DNA of 64,000 nt from Desulfatiglandales bacterium (lineage in GTDB: Bacteria > Desulfobacterota > DSM-4660 > Desulfatiglandales > Desulfatiglandaceae): assembly GCA_963662465.1 (NCBI GenBank), contig OY759599.1, positions 896,001 through 960,000 of the forward strand, given 5' to 3'. Positions 9,153 through 19,310 of the stretch are shown one piece after another. The position numbers and the translations under genes were made by a program. Within the stretch, counting starts at the first letter, position 1, and every line of letters starts with the position of its first letter. Below the pieces are notes generated by a model. The model saw nothing but the letters and a program-made list of their open reading frames with translations. It did not search any database and had not been told where the DNA came from.

Positions 9153-10976
9153 ATGAAAATTCCTTTCCCCATCACCTTCAAGCTTCTTCTTTTTATTCTC
9201 CCCCTTGTTTGCCTTCCCACAGTCATTGTCGGTTATTTTTCCTACCATGCATCTATAGAAAGCGTTACCGTTCTTTCCCGTGAACAGCAGTTGTTGCAGG
9301 CAAAAGCGGTTGCCGAGCAAATCAACAACATCTTTCGCGCCTGTTTTATGGATTTGAAATTGATGACGCAGTTGATTGTTGTTGAAAAGGGCGTGTGCAA
9401 AAAGGGGATGGAATCCATTGAGGACATAAACGGCGGCAACGATGTCAATGGGAAAATCCTGAAAGAATTCCTTGCCCGGTCTCCCTATTATAAGAGGCTT
9501 CGCATTGTCAACAGGGACGGCATGGCGATGACACGGGTATTCAGGGATGGGGCACTATTCCCGGTTGAAAAGGCCTTTGATCCTGTTAGCGCCACACATC
9601 ATAGAAAACAGGGCGCTTCTGTTTCCCAGGTATTGAGAGACCCTCTAGAAGACGGTTATATCGTTTATTTTGCCAGGGCTATTCATTGCCCGGAGGGAGA
9701 CTTAGCCGGCTACGTGGTACTTGATTTTGATTACGGAAAAGTGTTTGATCTGGTTCGGTCCGTGGTCATTGGGGTCGAGGGGTATGCTTTCATGGTGGAC
9801 CATCTCGGATGCACCGTGGCGCATCCCCGATTTCGCCCCTACGAGTATAACCTTTCCAAGTATTCGGATCCCCGACTTCGGGAACTCGTGGTGGACATGA
9901 TTTGCGGCGAAACAGGTTGGAAGCGCTTCAACTATCTGGGTGAAAAGGCGGCGGCGTACGCGGTGATCCCCGCCATGGATTGGTCCCTCGCCGTGAGCAT
10001 TCCCATTGAAGAATTTAAGAAAGAAGCCAAGACCCTCAGAAAACGGATGCTGGAAGTGGTCATCATTACCTTGCTTTTGGCGGGGTTTGTTGTGGTAATC
10101 CTGTCTTACCACCTGTTGAAGCCCATCAAAAGGTTGGTTGTCGCTACGGAACGGATTGCCGGTGGCGATCTGGCGCAAGAGATTCCGGTGAAATCGTTGG
10201 ATGAAATGGGTATGCTGACCCGTTCTTTTAACCGAATGGTGGAAAACCTGAGAAGAATGCGGGATGAATTGTTGCGCTCGGAAAAACTGATCGCCATGGG
10301 AAAGCTTTCCGCCGGTGTGGCCCATGAGGTTCGAAATCCCTTAAATGCCATGAAAGGCGCCATCGTCTACTTGCAGCGACGACGGTCCGGAGACGCATTG
10401 ATTCTGGAATACACAGGGCTCATTCTGGAAGAGGTGGAACGGTTGAATCGATTCGTAACGGAATTTCTTTCCTATGCACGGCAACCGCCCCTCAATTTGA
10501 TGCCGGAAGATCTTAACCTGTTGATCGGGAAAACCACTACTTTGTTTGAGGAAAAATTACGGGAGAAGAAGATCATCATTCTTAAAGACCTTGACCCTCA
10601 TTTGCCCATGATTCCCATGGATTCTAACCAGATGGGGCAAGTGATTGCAAACCTTTTGATTAACGCCATGCAGGCCATGCCGGAGGGGGGAACCCTTGAG
10701 ATGACCACGAAGGCTTTAAGCGAAACGGAATCGGAACGTTCTTTAAAAAAGGTCGTCATGACCATGCGGGATAACGGCGTCGGCATTCCGAAGGATAACT
10801 TGAACAGGATCTTCGATCCGTTTTTCAGCACCGGGGAAAGCGGCACGGGGTTGGGGCTTTCGATCAGTCTGAGAATTGTTGAGAATCATGGGGGGACCTT
10901 AAGGATAGAAAGCCGTGAAGGGGAGGGGACGACAATTACATTGGCGTTGACCGCACATAAGGAAAATGGAATATGA
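9153..10976 (+). CDS. Sensor histidine kinase (Cache-HAMP-HisKA-HATPase)
   Basis: Two TM segments, HAMP (DEMGMLTRSFNRM), AHEVRNPL H-box, N, G1, F and G2 boxes. Confidence 0.93.
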   Translation: MKIPFPITFKLLLFILPLVCLPTVIVGYFSYHASIESVTVLSREQQLLQAKAVAEQINNIFRACFMDLKLMTQLIVVEKGVCKKGMESIEDINGGNDVNGKILKEFLARSPYYKRLRIVNRDGMAMTRVFRDGALFPVEKAFDPVSATHHRKQGASVSQVLRDPLEDGYIVYFARAIHCPEGDLAGYVVLDFDYGKVFDLVRSVVIGVEGYAFMVDHLGCTVAHPRFRPYEYNLSKYSDPRLRELVVDMICGETGWKRFNYLGEKAAAYAVIPAMDWSLAVSIPIEEFKKEAKTLRKRMLEVVIITLLLAGFVVVILSYHLLKPIKRLVVATERIAGGDLAQEIPVKSLDEMGMLTRSFNRMVENLRRMRDELLRSEKLIAMGKLSAGVAHEVRNPLNAMKGAIVYLQRRRSGDALILEYTGLILEEVERLNRFVTEFLSYARQPPLNLMPEDLNLLIGKTTTLFEEKLREKKIIILKDLDPHLPMIPMDSNQMGQVIANLLINAMQAMPEGGTLEMTTKALSETESERSLKKVVMTMRDNGVGIPKDNLNRIFDPFFSTGESGTGLGLSISLRIVENHGGTLRIESREGEGTTITLALTAHKENGI

Positions 10977-12358
10977 AAAAACAAATTCTGATCGTAGATG
11001 ATAATGCCAATACCGTCAAAGTCATCGGGGCGATTCTTGAGGATGAAGGTTATCGGGTCCATAAGGCCGGAAGTGCTGAAAAAGCCCTGGGTATTTTTAA
11101 AGAAAAGGGGGATATGGATGCGATTCTGGCGGATCTCAAAATGCCGGGAAAGGATGGTCTGTGGTTGTACCGGCAAGCGAGAGGCATTGACGGAAATGTG
11201 CCTTTTGTGATTATGACGGCCCATGGGACCATCGAGTCGGCGGTTCGCGCCATGAAAGACGGGGTAACCAATTATCTGATCAAACCGCTGAACTACGAAG
11301 AGTTGAGCGTCGTTTTGGAACGGGCCATCAGGGAAAGGCAGATTGCCCGAGAACTGGCGGATTTGCGCCAAAAAGTCAAAGTGGGGGAGTCTTTCCAAAA
11401 CATTATCGGCATCAGCAAGGTTATGCGGAAGGTTTTTGAAACGTTGCGCACGGTGGCGCCAACCGATGCGCCCATCTTGATTCAGGGGGAAACGGGCACG
11501 GGAAAAGAGTTGCTGGCCAAAGCGATTCATTCCCTCAGCAAGCGGCATGATCGAAATATGATATGCATCAATTCGGCGGCACTCACGGAAACACTCCTTG
11601 AAGCCGAACTTTTCGGGTACGTTAAAGGTGCTTTTACCGGTGCGGTGGCCGACAAAAAGGGGCGACTTGAATTTTCCGACGGCGGCACCCTGTTTCTGGA
11701 TGAAATTGCCCATATGTCACTGAAACTCCAGTCCAAGCTTCTTCGTTTTCTCCAGGATGGCGCCTTTGAACCCGTGGGAAGCGTGGAGACCCGAAAAGTG
11801 GATGTTCGGGTGATTTCGGCGAGTAACCGGAATCTCCACGAAGCAATCTCTGAAGGCCTCTTTCTAAACGATCTCTTTTATCGTATCGAGGTGATTTCCA
11901 TTACCATGCCCCCGCTGCGGGATCGGAAGGACGATATCCCCCTCCTGGCGGATCACTTTGCCAGACGTTACGCCCGGCAATATGAAAAGTCGGTAAACGG
12001 CATTCAATCTCACGCACTGGAAGCATTGATGCGTCATTCCTGGCCGGGCAATGTCCGGGAATTGGAAAACTGTCTGGCCCGTGGCGTTATCCTCTCAAAG
12101 GAAAATAAAATTACCCTGAACGACCTTCCCGAAAGAATCAGAGCGGGTGCGGGGTTTTCCGTTTCCGCTCCATCAGGGGAAAGCTGCATCATTGGAGAGA
12201 TTCCTGAAACAGGGATCAAAATCAAAGAGATGGAGAAGAAACTGATTGAAAAAACCCTTGAAAAATGCAGTGAGAACAAGAGCCTGACGGCGGAATTTCT
12301 GGGGATATCCCGCAAGGCCCTTTATGAAAAGATCGGTCGGCATGGCATCCGTTCCTGA
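10973..12358 (+). CDS. Sigma54-dependent response regulator (NtrC family)
   Basis: Receiver domain, GETGTGKE, GAFTGA, WPGNVREL, Fis-type HTH. Confidence 0.95.
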   Translation: MKKQILIVDDNANTVKVIGAILEDEGYRVHKAGSAEKALGIFKEKGDMDAILADLKMPGKDGLWLYRQARGIDGNVPFVIMTAHGTIESAVRAMKDGVTNYLIKPLNYEELSVVLERAIRERQIARELADLRQKVKVGESFQNIIGISKVMRKVFETLRTVAPTDAPILIQGETGTGKELLAKAIHSLSKRHDRNMICINSAALTETLLEAELFGYVKGAFTGAVADKKGRLEFSDGGTLFLDEIAHMSLKLQSKLLRFLQDGAFEPVGSVETRKVDVRVISASNRNLHEAISEGLFLNDLFYRIEVISITMPPLRDRKDDIPLLADHFARRYARQYEKSVNGIQSHALEALMRHSWPGNVRELENCLARGVILSKENKITLNDLPERIRAGAGFSVSAPSGESCIIGEIPETGIKIKEMEKKLIEKTLEKCSENKSLTAEFLGISRKALYEKIGRHGIRS

Positions 12359-12487
12359 CCCAAATGATAGGGGTTCGTTTCTTTTCCATACAGGCGGTCC
12401 AAGTCTGCTTCCTTTCGTAACAATGACGCCTAACCATTTGAGAATGTGGTCATTATATTCCAATTTCAGCAGTCTTTACCCTGAAAC

Positions 12488-12502
12488 GTTACCAAAAGTA
12501 AC
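12488..12502. promoter_or_regulatory. Putative enhancer (UAS) GTTAC-N5-GTAAC
   Basis: Palindrome ~85 bp upstream of a sigma54 promoter; near-identical motif at 30154-30168. Confidence 0.55.
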
Positions 12503-12577
12503 ATCCCGTTTTTTCAGATTCCACGTGTAATCTTTAAAAAGTAAACCTTTTCAATTCGTTATCGTCAGAATTATTTC

Positions 12578-12593
12578 CGGCATGGTGCTTGCT
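12578..12593 (+). promoter_or_regulatory. Sigma54 (-24/-12) promoter for the liv operon
   Basis: CGGCATGGTGCTTGCT: GG at 12579-80 and GC at 12591-92, canonical spacing. Confidence 0.75.
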
Positions 12594-12639
12594 GTCATTA
12601 AACGCAATCTGCTTTTTTGAAAAACTTGGGGCACTTAAC

Positions 12640-13377
12640 TTGGATAGAACCGAAATCGTTTTCAGTCTCGACAGAGTCCGGAAAAATTTTGGCGGTTTGC
12701 TGGCACTGGACAGTCTCAGTCTGGATCTGGGACGTCGGGAAATTATAGGGATTCTCGGTCCCAATGGCGCCGGAAAATCAACCCTGTTCAATGTTATCAC
12801 TTCCATTGTCAAACCGGATGCCGGCGATGTCTACCTTGAAGGCAACCGGATTACTGCCAAGAGCCCCCACGCCATTTGCCGGATGGGGATCTCCCGCACC
12901 TTTCAACTGGTCAGGTCCTTTTTAAGCATGACGGCCCTTGAGAACGTGCTGGTGGGTTCCGTGTTTGGCAGCAGGCTGCGAGGAAAAGCGGCCCTGGCTA
13001 ACGCGTTGGAGGCCCTGGAACTGGTCGACCTTATCCATAAGAGAGATATGGCCACTGCCCACATGACCCTGTCCGATCGGCGCTTGCTTGAAGTGGCCAG
13101 GGCATTGGCTTCCCGTCCCCGGGTGACCCTTCTGGATGAACCCATGGCGGGACTGAATCCATCCGAAATCGTGATCATGCTGGAGGTCATCAATAAAGCC
13201 AGGGATCTAATGGGTGTGTCCATTTTGTGGGTTGAACATAAAGTGGAGGCCATCTTTCATCTTTGCGATCGGATTATGGTGTTGGAATACGGCCGGAAAA
13301 TCGCCGAAGGAACACCTGCGGAGATTGCTAAAAACGAGATTGTTATTGAGGCTTATCTGGGTGAAGCACCTGCTTGA
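12640..13377 (+). CDS. livG: Branched-chain amino acid-type ABC transporter ATPase (probable TTG start)
   Basis: GPNGAGKST, RTFQ, LLDEPMAG and EAYLG motifs. Confidence 0.88.
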   Translation: MDRTEIVFSLDRVRKNFGGLLALDSLSLDLGRREIIGILGPNGAGKSTLFNVITSIVKPDAGDVYLEGNRITAKSPHAICRMGISRTFQLVRSFLSMTALENVLVGSVFGSRLRGKAALANALEALELVDLIHKRDMATAHMTLSDRRLLEVARALASRPRVTLLDEPMAGLNPSEIVIMLEVINKARDLMGVSILWVEHKVEAIFHLCDRIMVLEYGRKIAEGTPAEIAKNEIVIEAYLGEAPA

Positions 13378-14080
13378 AGTGTCAAATGTCGATATTTTTT
13401 ATGGAGACGCCCAGGCTGTCTGGGATGTTTCTTTTTGGGTGGACCGGGAACAGATCGTCGCCCTGGTGGGGGCTAACGGCGCCGGCAAGAGTACCCTTCT
13501 GGATACCATTTCCTGTCTGATTCGACCGAGCAGTGGGGAGATTTTGTTCCAGGGGAAACCGATCAATTCTATAAAGCCTGAGGCTGTGGCGGATCTTGGC
13601 ATCAGCCATGTGCCGGAAGGCCGTGGTCTGTTTTCCCGAATGACGGTACTGGAAAATCTGGAACTGGGCGGGTTCCCCAAGCGTGCCAGACCTTTTTTCG
13701 AAGAATCTCTGGCCCGTGCTTTCAATTTGTTTCCAGTGCTGAAAAAGCGCATCCATCAACGGGCGGGTTCTCTCAGCGGCGGGGAACAACAGATGCTGGC
13801 CATCGCCCGCGCCGTCATGGCAAAACCGATTTTTCTCATGCTGGACGAACCCTCTCTCGGTCTGGCGCCGGTGATTGTCAAACTGATGTTTGAGATTATT
13901 CAGGAACTCAATAGAGAAAATGTCGCCATCCTTTTGGTGGAGCAGAATGTTCACCAGACCCTGGAAATTGCGGACTATGCCTACGTACTGAGAACGGGCC
14001 GAATGGAATTGAGCGGCAAAGGGCGTGAACTTCTTCAAAACCCGGATTTCAAGCAGGCCTACCTGGGGATGAAAGGATGA
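13361..14080 (+). CDS. livF: Branched-chain amino acid-type ABC transporter ATPase (GTG start)
   Basis: GANGAGKST, HVPEGR, LSGGEQQM and LDEPSLGLAP motifs. Confidence 0.9.
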   Translation: MKHLLEVSNVDIFYGDAQAVWDVSFWVDREQIVALVGANGAGKSTLLDTISCLIRPSSGEILFQGKPINSIKPEAVADLGISHVPEGRGLFSRMTVLENLELGGFPKRARPFFEESLARAFNLFPVLKKRIHQRAGSLSGGEQQMLAIARAVMAKPIFLMLDEPSLGLAPVIVKLMFEIIQELNRENVAILLVEQNVHQTLEIADYAYVLRTGRMELSGKGRELLQNPDFKQAYLGMKG

Positions 14081-14084
14081 ATCC

Positions 14085-14972
14085 ATGAGCGGACTTTCTC
14101 CATCCGGCGCATTTTTACAGATTTTAATCAACGGGGTTTTATTTGGCAGCATGTATGGGGTCGCCGCCATTGGATTGAGCCTTATTTTCGGCACCATGCA
14201 GATCATTTTTATCGCCCAGGGCGCCATGATGATATTGGCCGCCTATTTGACCTATTGGATTTTCACCCTTACCGCAATTGACCCCTTTTATTGTTTTGTG
14301 TTGATCCTCCCCATTTTTCTGGGTATCGGCTGGGCTTTTTACGCGGGACTTTTCAGCCGGGTGGCGGCGGCGGGGAAAAATCCTTCGTTGCTTCTGGCCT
14401 TTGGCCTCATGATCCTGCTGGAAAATCTCATGTCCCTGGCCTGGACCGCCAATACCCGGGCCGTTTCCACCAGCTACACCGGCATGGGGCTTAGCGTGGG
14501 GAACATTCAGATTTCCTTCACCCGGCTGGTGGTTTTCTTGATCAGTCTTCTGGCAACGGGCCTGGTCTTTTTTTTCATGAAAAAGACCCTTTGGGGAAAA
14601 GCGGTTCGCGCGGCATCGGAAAATATCAAGGCCGCCGCGCTCCTGGGCATCAGCCCTCGCCGGGTGAGCGGCATTACCTTTTCCATCGGCATTGCACTGG
14701 CTGGCATCGCGGGTGTGGCTACCGCTGTTACATACCCGTTTGATCCCTATTTCGGTTTTGTTTTCAGCCTGAAGGCCCTCATTGCCGTGGCATTCGGTGG
14801 CATCGGGAGTGTGGGGGGCGCCATGTTCGGTGGGATTTTGCTGGGGGTGATCGAAAGCGTCAGTTCCTATACCATCAGCGGCGGCTGGGCCGACGCCATT
14901 TCCTACGGCGCATTCCTTCTGGTGCTCATGTTTCGGCCCCAGGGGCTTTTTGGCCGTACAAATGCTTTGTAA
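14085..14972 (+). CDS. livH: Liv-type ABC transporter permease
   Basis: GLSLIFG, GKAVRAASEN and FRPQGLFG motifs. Confidence 0.9.
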   Translation: MSGLSPSGAFLQILINGVLFGSMYGVAAIGLSLIFGTMQIIFIAQGAMMILAAYLTYWIFTLTAIDPFYCFVLILPIFLGIGWAFYAGLFSRVAAAGKNPSLLLAFGLMILLENLMSLAWTANTRAVSTSYTGMGLSVGNIQISFTRLVVFLISLLATGLVFFFMKKTLWGKAVRAASENIKAAALLGISPRRVSGITFSIGIALAGIAGVATAVTYPFDPYFGFVFSLKALIAVAFGGIGSVGGAMFGGILLGVIESVSSYTISGGWADAISYGAFLLVLMFRPQGLFGRTNAL

Positions 14973-15022
14973 GGGTTACGTGTGTAATCCTGTTTTCCGG
15001 ATTTATCATTGAGGGAACAACC

Positions 15023-16015
15023 ATGACAGAGATGGGTGGGGGGCATAACTGGAAAGCGATTTGTTGGGGACTTCCCCTGCTGGGCTTCCTGTTGGTTTTT
15101 CCTTTCCTGGTGGATTCGGAGGGATCCTATCTGGTTTATTTTCTATTCCTGACCTTCATCTATGTGTCCATGGCCCAGGGATGGAACCTGGTGGCAGGTT
15201 ATGCGGGACAGGCTTCCCTGGGTCAGCATGCCTTCTTCGGATTTGGGGCTTATGTGACGGCCATGGCATGGAATGCCGGATGGATCGGGTACCTGGATCC
15301 TTTCGGGATGCTGCTGAGTGGTCTTGGGGCGGCCGTGCTGGCCATTGTGATTGGGATTCCCCTGTTGGCCAAGTTACGGGGGGACTATTTTGCTTTGGGC
15401 ACCCTGGGCCTGGGGGAAATTTTGCGGGTGGTGTTTACCCAGGGGGGGGCTCTTACGGGAGGTCCGGTGGGACTCATGCTCCCTTCTTCGGCATATGAAT
15501 CCATGGCGCCCTATTACTATATCGCCCTGAGCATCGCGCTTTTGACCCTGCTGACCCTTTTTTTTCTGGTTCGCTCCAGTGTCGGCCTGGCATTGGTGGC
15601 TGTTCGAGAGGATGAAGAGGCCGCCGCCGCCAACGGGATTTTTGTCTTAAAATACAAAATTTTGGCCTTTGCGGTGGGCGCTTTTTTTACCGGCATGTGC
15701 GGCAGTATATTTGCCTATTACCTGTTCCATATCCATCCATCGGGGGTTTTCAGTCTCAACTGGGCGTTGCTGCCGGTTCTCATGACGATTCTGGGGGGCA
15801 TTGGCACCCTGATGGGACCAATTATCGGCGCCTTTGTCATGTCGGCTGTTTTTGAAATGGCCAATACATGGCTTCCGGATATTCATCCTATTTTTTCAGG
15901 GGTGTTTATCATTCTGGTGATGCTTTTTCTGCCCAAGGGGATCATGAGTCTGGGATCGAAATTTAATCCATCTCCCATTTTGTTGCGACTATTTCCCTTT
16001 AAGCGGGGGTCTTGA
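15023..16015 (+). CDS. livM: Liv-type ABC transporter permease
   Basis: WNLVAGYAGQASLGQHAFFG, LRGDYFAL and AVREDE motifs. Confidence 0.9.
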   Translation: MTEMGGGHNWKAICWGLPLLGFLLVFPFLVDSEGSYLVYFLFLTFIYVSMAQGWNLVAGYAGQASLGQHAFFGFGAYVTAMAWNAGWIGYLDPFGMLLSGLGAAVLAIVIGIPLLAKLRGDYFALGTLGLGEILRVVFTQGGALTGGPVGLMLPSSAYESMAPYYYIALSIALLTLLTLFFLVRSSVGLALVAVREDEEAAAANGIFVLKYKILAFAVGAFFTGMCGSIFAYYLFHIHPSGVFSLNWALLPVLMTILGGIGTLMGPIIGAFVMSAVFEMANTWLPDIHPIFSGVFIILVMLFLPKGIMSLGSKFNPSPILLRLFPFKRGS

Positions 16016-16045
16016 GAAGTGAAACGTGAAAAGTGAAGCGTGACG
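16013..16045. repeat. Degenerate 7-bp tandem repeat (TGANNNG)
   Basis: TGAGAAG TGAAACG TGAAAAG TGAAGCG TGACG. Confidence 0.55.
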
Positions 16046-16129
16046 AAGGCAAGGGAAGGAGGTGGCGTGTTTGTTCAGAGGGGTGTTTTTAAATCATGAA
16101 CCCGGAAGACGATATGAAAGGAGAGCATT

Positions 16130-17368
16130 ATGTGGAAGGGAATTCTTGGGCGTGGCAAAATGACGACGGTTTTAATGGCGGTCTTTGTTGCGTTGTCGCT
16201 GCTTCTCTATGCGGCGCCGTCGGCTGAAGCAAAAAAGGAAAAGACGGAAATCCTCATTGGCAGCAATCTTCCGCTGACCGGTATTCTGGCGGGCGCCGGC
16301 ATTGAACAGCGGTGGGCTTATCAGACCGCCGTGGATGACATCAACAAGGCGGGGGGCATTTTTGTAAAGGAATACGGGAAGAAACTCCCCGTAAGGCTTA
16401 TTGTGGCCGATGATGCCAGTGATCCGGGAAAGGCGGCATCAGCCGTTGAGCGGTTGATCAAACAGAAGAAAGTGGATTTGCTGCTGGGTGGCTTTGCAGC
16501 GCCCTTTGGGGTGATCCCCGGATGTATTACCGCTGAAAAATACCGCCGCTATTATCATACGTCCATATGTCTGATTCCCCCATGGCTGGAGCACCATTTC
16601 AAATGGTCCACGCTCTTTTTCTTCAAGCTGGATCAGGCGTGCAGCGTTCCCTATCAGATTTGGGACAGCCTGCCTGAAAATGAACGGCCCAAGAAACCCG
16701 CGCTGATCATGGAGGATACTTTTGACGGCAGGGCCTTTGCCGGATTGTTCCGAAGCCTGGCCAAAAAATTCGGTTATACCTTTGCCTTGGATGAGCCCTG
16801 GGCGGTAGGCGCCAAGGATTATTCCTCACAGATTATCAAAGCCAAGAGTCAGGGCGTGGATGCCATTTTGATCTTCGGCGCCGATACCGATATTATCACC
16901 TTTGTGCGGCAGATGAAAGAGAACAACCTCAGCGTCAAATATTTCCACGGCTGGAAAGGGACCTGGGCCGGGGAGTTCTGGAAAGCGCTGGGCAAGGATG
17001 CCCAGTACATCCTTTGTGATGGATTCTGGTCCATGGATTTTCCCTTTCCCGGCGCTAAGGAACTGGGTGAACGTTACTACAACCACTTCAAAAAACATTC
17101 CGTAAGCGTGGGCGCTTTGTACGGACTGTGCCAGATCCTGTGGCAGGCCGTTGAAAAAGCCGGCACACTGGATTCGGCAAAGGTTCGACAGGCGGTTTTG
17201 GACAATGAATTCGAGACCGTCATGGGTAAGGTGAAGTACGGCAAGGACGGCGTGGCGGTCTTTGAGTCCACGGCCAGCCAGTGGTGGAATGGGAAACAGA
17301 TGACGGTGTATCCATTCAAATGGACGGATTATAGGATTAAACTGGCGCCTCCCTGGAATGACCGATAA
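16130..17368 (+). CDS. Liv-type ABC transporter substrate-binding protein
   Basis: Signal peptide; LPLTG, DINKAGGI, DDASDP and AGTLD...VR motifs. Confidence 0.9.
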   Translation: MWKGILGRGKMTTVLMAVFVALSLLLYAAPSAEAKKEKTEILIGSNLPLTGILAGAGIEQRWAYQTAVDDINKAGGIFVKEYGKKLPVRLIVADDASDPGKAASAVERLIKQKKVDLLLGGFAAPFGVIPGCITAEKYRRYYHTSICLIPPWLEHHFKWSTLFFFKLDQACSVPYQIWDSLPENERPKKPALIMEDTFDGRAFAGLFRSLAKKFGYTFALDEPWAVGAKDYSSQIIKAKSQGVDAILIFGADTDIITFVRQMKENNLSVKYFHGWKGTWAGEFWKALGKDAQYILCDGFWSMDFPFPGAKELGERYYNHFKKHSVSVGALYGLCQILWQAVEKAGTLDSAKVRQAVLDNEFETVMGKVKYGKDGVAVFESTASQWWNGKQMTVYPFKWTDYRIKLAPPWNDR

Positions 17369-17479
17369 GGATATGATATCGCAAAAAAACCAGCCGCCGT
17401 GATGGCGGAAAAATGAGTTTTGTTCGGGGGCGCCTTCCACATGAAGACGTCCCCGGCCTGTCATGGGGGCCGAAGATGC

Positions 17480-17590
17480 AATGTTGCGTCTTCGGCCCTA
17501 ATGGTTTATAAGTTCCCACAAAAGGCTGTTTTGGAATGCAAAAAAAAAGACCCTAAGGATTTCGATTTGAAAAATTTTGCGGGTGTCCAA
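17480..17590 (+). repeat. Direct repeat copy 2 (promoter and 5' end of the family-5 SBP gene)
   Basis: Matches 8932-9036. Confidence 0.85.
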
Positions 17591-19126
17591 TGGAAATTCT
17601 TTTCAATTGGGCTTGTTTCGATTTTACTCATATTGGGATCGACCATTCCTATCATCCCGGTTTTTGCGAGCGACAGTGCAATCCGTGTTGCCATGTTTTC
17701 AAACGATCCCGTGGGAATCGATGTTCTGTCCCAGGCATTCAGCCCGGACGGATTTTCCGTTCTTTCACAGATCAGTGAGCCGCTGCTTCATCCGGATGTT
17801 GACGGGAATCTTCAGGGCGCTATTGCCCACAGCTGGAAGCAGATCAACGCCACCGAATGGGAATTCGTCATCAGGAAAGGCATCACATTTCATAACGGCG
17901 AATTATGTGACGGTTACGCCGTAAAGACTTCCATCGAAACCATTCTTGATCCTCATGTGGGGTCAGCCTTTTCCCAGCCCCTTAATACCATCAAATCCGC
18001 ATCCGTAAGTTTGACGGATCCATATGTGGTTCGCATCAAAACCTTTGTGCCGGATGGTATGCTGCTCCACCGATTATCTTTCGCCGCCATTCTGCCGCCC
18101 CGATATTTAAAGGCGGTGGGTGTTGAGGGGTTTCACAGGCGCCCTGTGGGGACGGGTCCTTTCAAGTTTGTGAAATGGGTTCCCAAGCAAGAGATTGTTC
18201 TAAAAAGAAATGAGGATTACTGGCGGGAGGGTTATCCGAAAGTCGAAAATCTCGTTTATGTAATTTTACCGCCCGATCAATGGATTCAGGCTTTAACGGA
18301 GGGCCTGGTAAATGTGGTGCCCTTTCTGGATGGGCGGCATATCCGGGAAGTGGTAAAGAATAAGGATTTGAGGGTTAAAAAGAGAAAGTGTCTCTATACC
18401 ACGGTCATCATGTTGCACAACCGGGGACCCCTGGCCCTTAAGGCGGTTCGACAGGCCCTGAATTACGCCTTGGATAAGCAGGATATCGTAAGATATGCCG
18501 ATTACGGCAATTCCATTCCGGTGGCCTCACTGGGTCTGGAGGGAAGCATCGGCAGAAATATGGACATAAAACCCTATCCTTACGACATCGAAAAAGCGAA
18601 GCAGCTACTGGCCCAAACGCCCTTCGAAAACGGATTTACCCTGAAAGTGCTGACCGGGGATACTTCCCAGGCACTCGCCAAAATCATGAGAGCGCAATAC
18701 AGCAAGATAAACGTCAGGCTTGATTTGGAAGTGGTGCCGCGGACGGATTTGACGGAAAAGGTTATGATTTATCAAATCCAAAATCATTTGAAACGACCGG
18801 ACTATGATTTGGTCCTTTACCCGGTGGACAATCTATTGATCGATATCTCTTTTACGGCACGCTGGGCCTACTTTTCCCAAAGTCCCTGGTCTCTTTTGCG
18901 GAGCCGCGAATATGATGAAAAATATTTGTGGGCACTGCAGACGGATTCCTTCAAGACGCATGAAAGGCGGTTATGGAAATTGGATCGGTTCTTTCACGAG
19001 GAAGCCTTGTCGATCTTCACGACCCAGAGAATTTTGACGGTGGTGACCCATAAGGCGGTCACACTGCCCATTCCCTTGAACGGGAATTTTTACTATGGGA
19101 CCTTCGATAAGGCTGAAGTGAATTGA
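17567..19126 (+). CDS. Orphan ABC substrate-binding protein, family 5 (peptide/nickel type); probable TTG start
   Basis: TAAGGA RBS before TTG 17567, signal peptide; IRKGITFHNG, PVGTGPFKF and VRQALNYA motifs; no cognate permease nearby. Confidence 0.85.
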   Translation: MKNFAGVQWKFFSIGLVSILLILGSTIPIIPVFASDSAIRVAMFSNDPVGIDVLSQAFSPDGFSVLSQISEPLLHPDVDGNLQGAIAHSWKQINATEWEFVIRKGITFHNGELCDGYAVKTSIETILDPHVGSAFSQPLNTIKSASVSLTDPYVVRIKTFVPDGMLLHRLSFAAILPPRYLKAVGVEGFHRRPVGTGPFKFVKWVPKQEIVLKRNEDYWREGYPKVENLVYVILPPDQWIQALTEGLVNVVPFLDGRHIREVVKNKDLRVKKRKCLYTTVIMLHNRGPLALKAVRQALNYALDKQDIVRYADYGNSIPVASLGLEGSIGRNMDIKPYPYDIEKAKQLLAQTPFENGFTLKVLTGDTSQALAKIMRAQYSKINVRLDLEVVPRTDLTEKVMIYQIQNHLKRPDYDLVLYPVDNLLIDISFTARWAYFSQSPWSLLRSREYDEKYLWALQTDSFKTHERRLWKLDRFFHEEALSIFTTQRILTVVTHKAVTLPIPLNGNFYYGTFDKAEVN

Positions 19127-19310
19127 GGTTTTGTCAAGGGGATATCCGGTTATGCCCATATGAAACGCAAGGATTCGGCATTTATCTAATATTTCAGGCT
19201 AAACATGAAAGAGGAAAGGTCGTGCATTTTGATGGATAACATTTCAAATCGGATGAGATTCGGATCTGTATAATTACTGGTTGGGCGTATTAAGAAGTAG
19301 GAGAGCATAA

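Noticed and set aside
19234..19286. Fifth attC site (GGATAAC...GTTGGGC)
   Set aside because: Only 53 bp with no convincing complementary L boxes; treated as a possible attI instead
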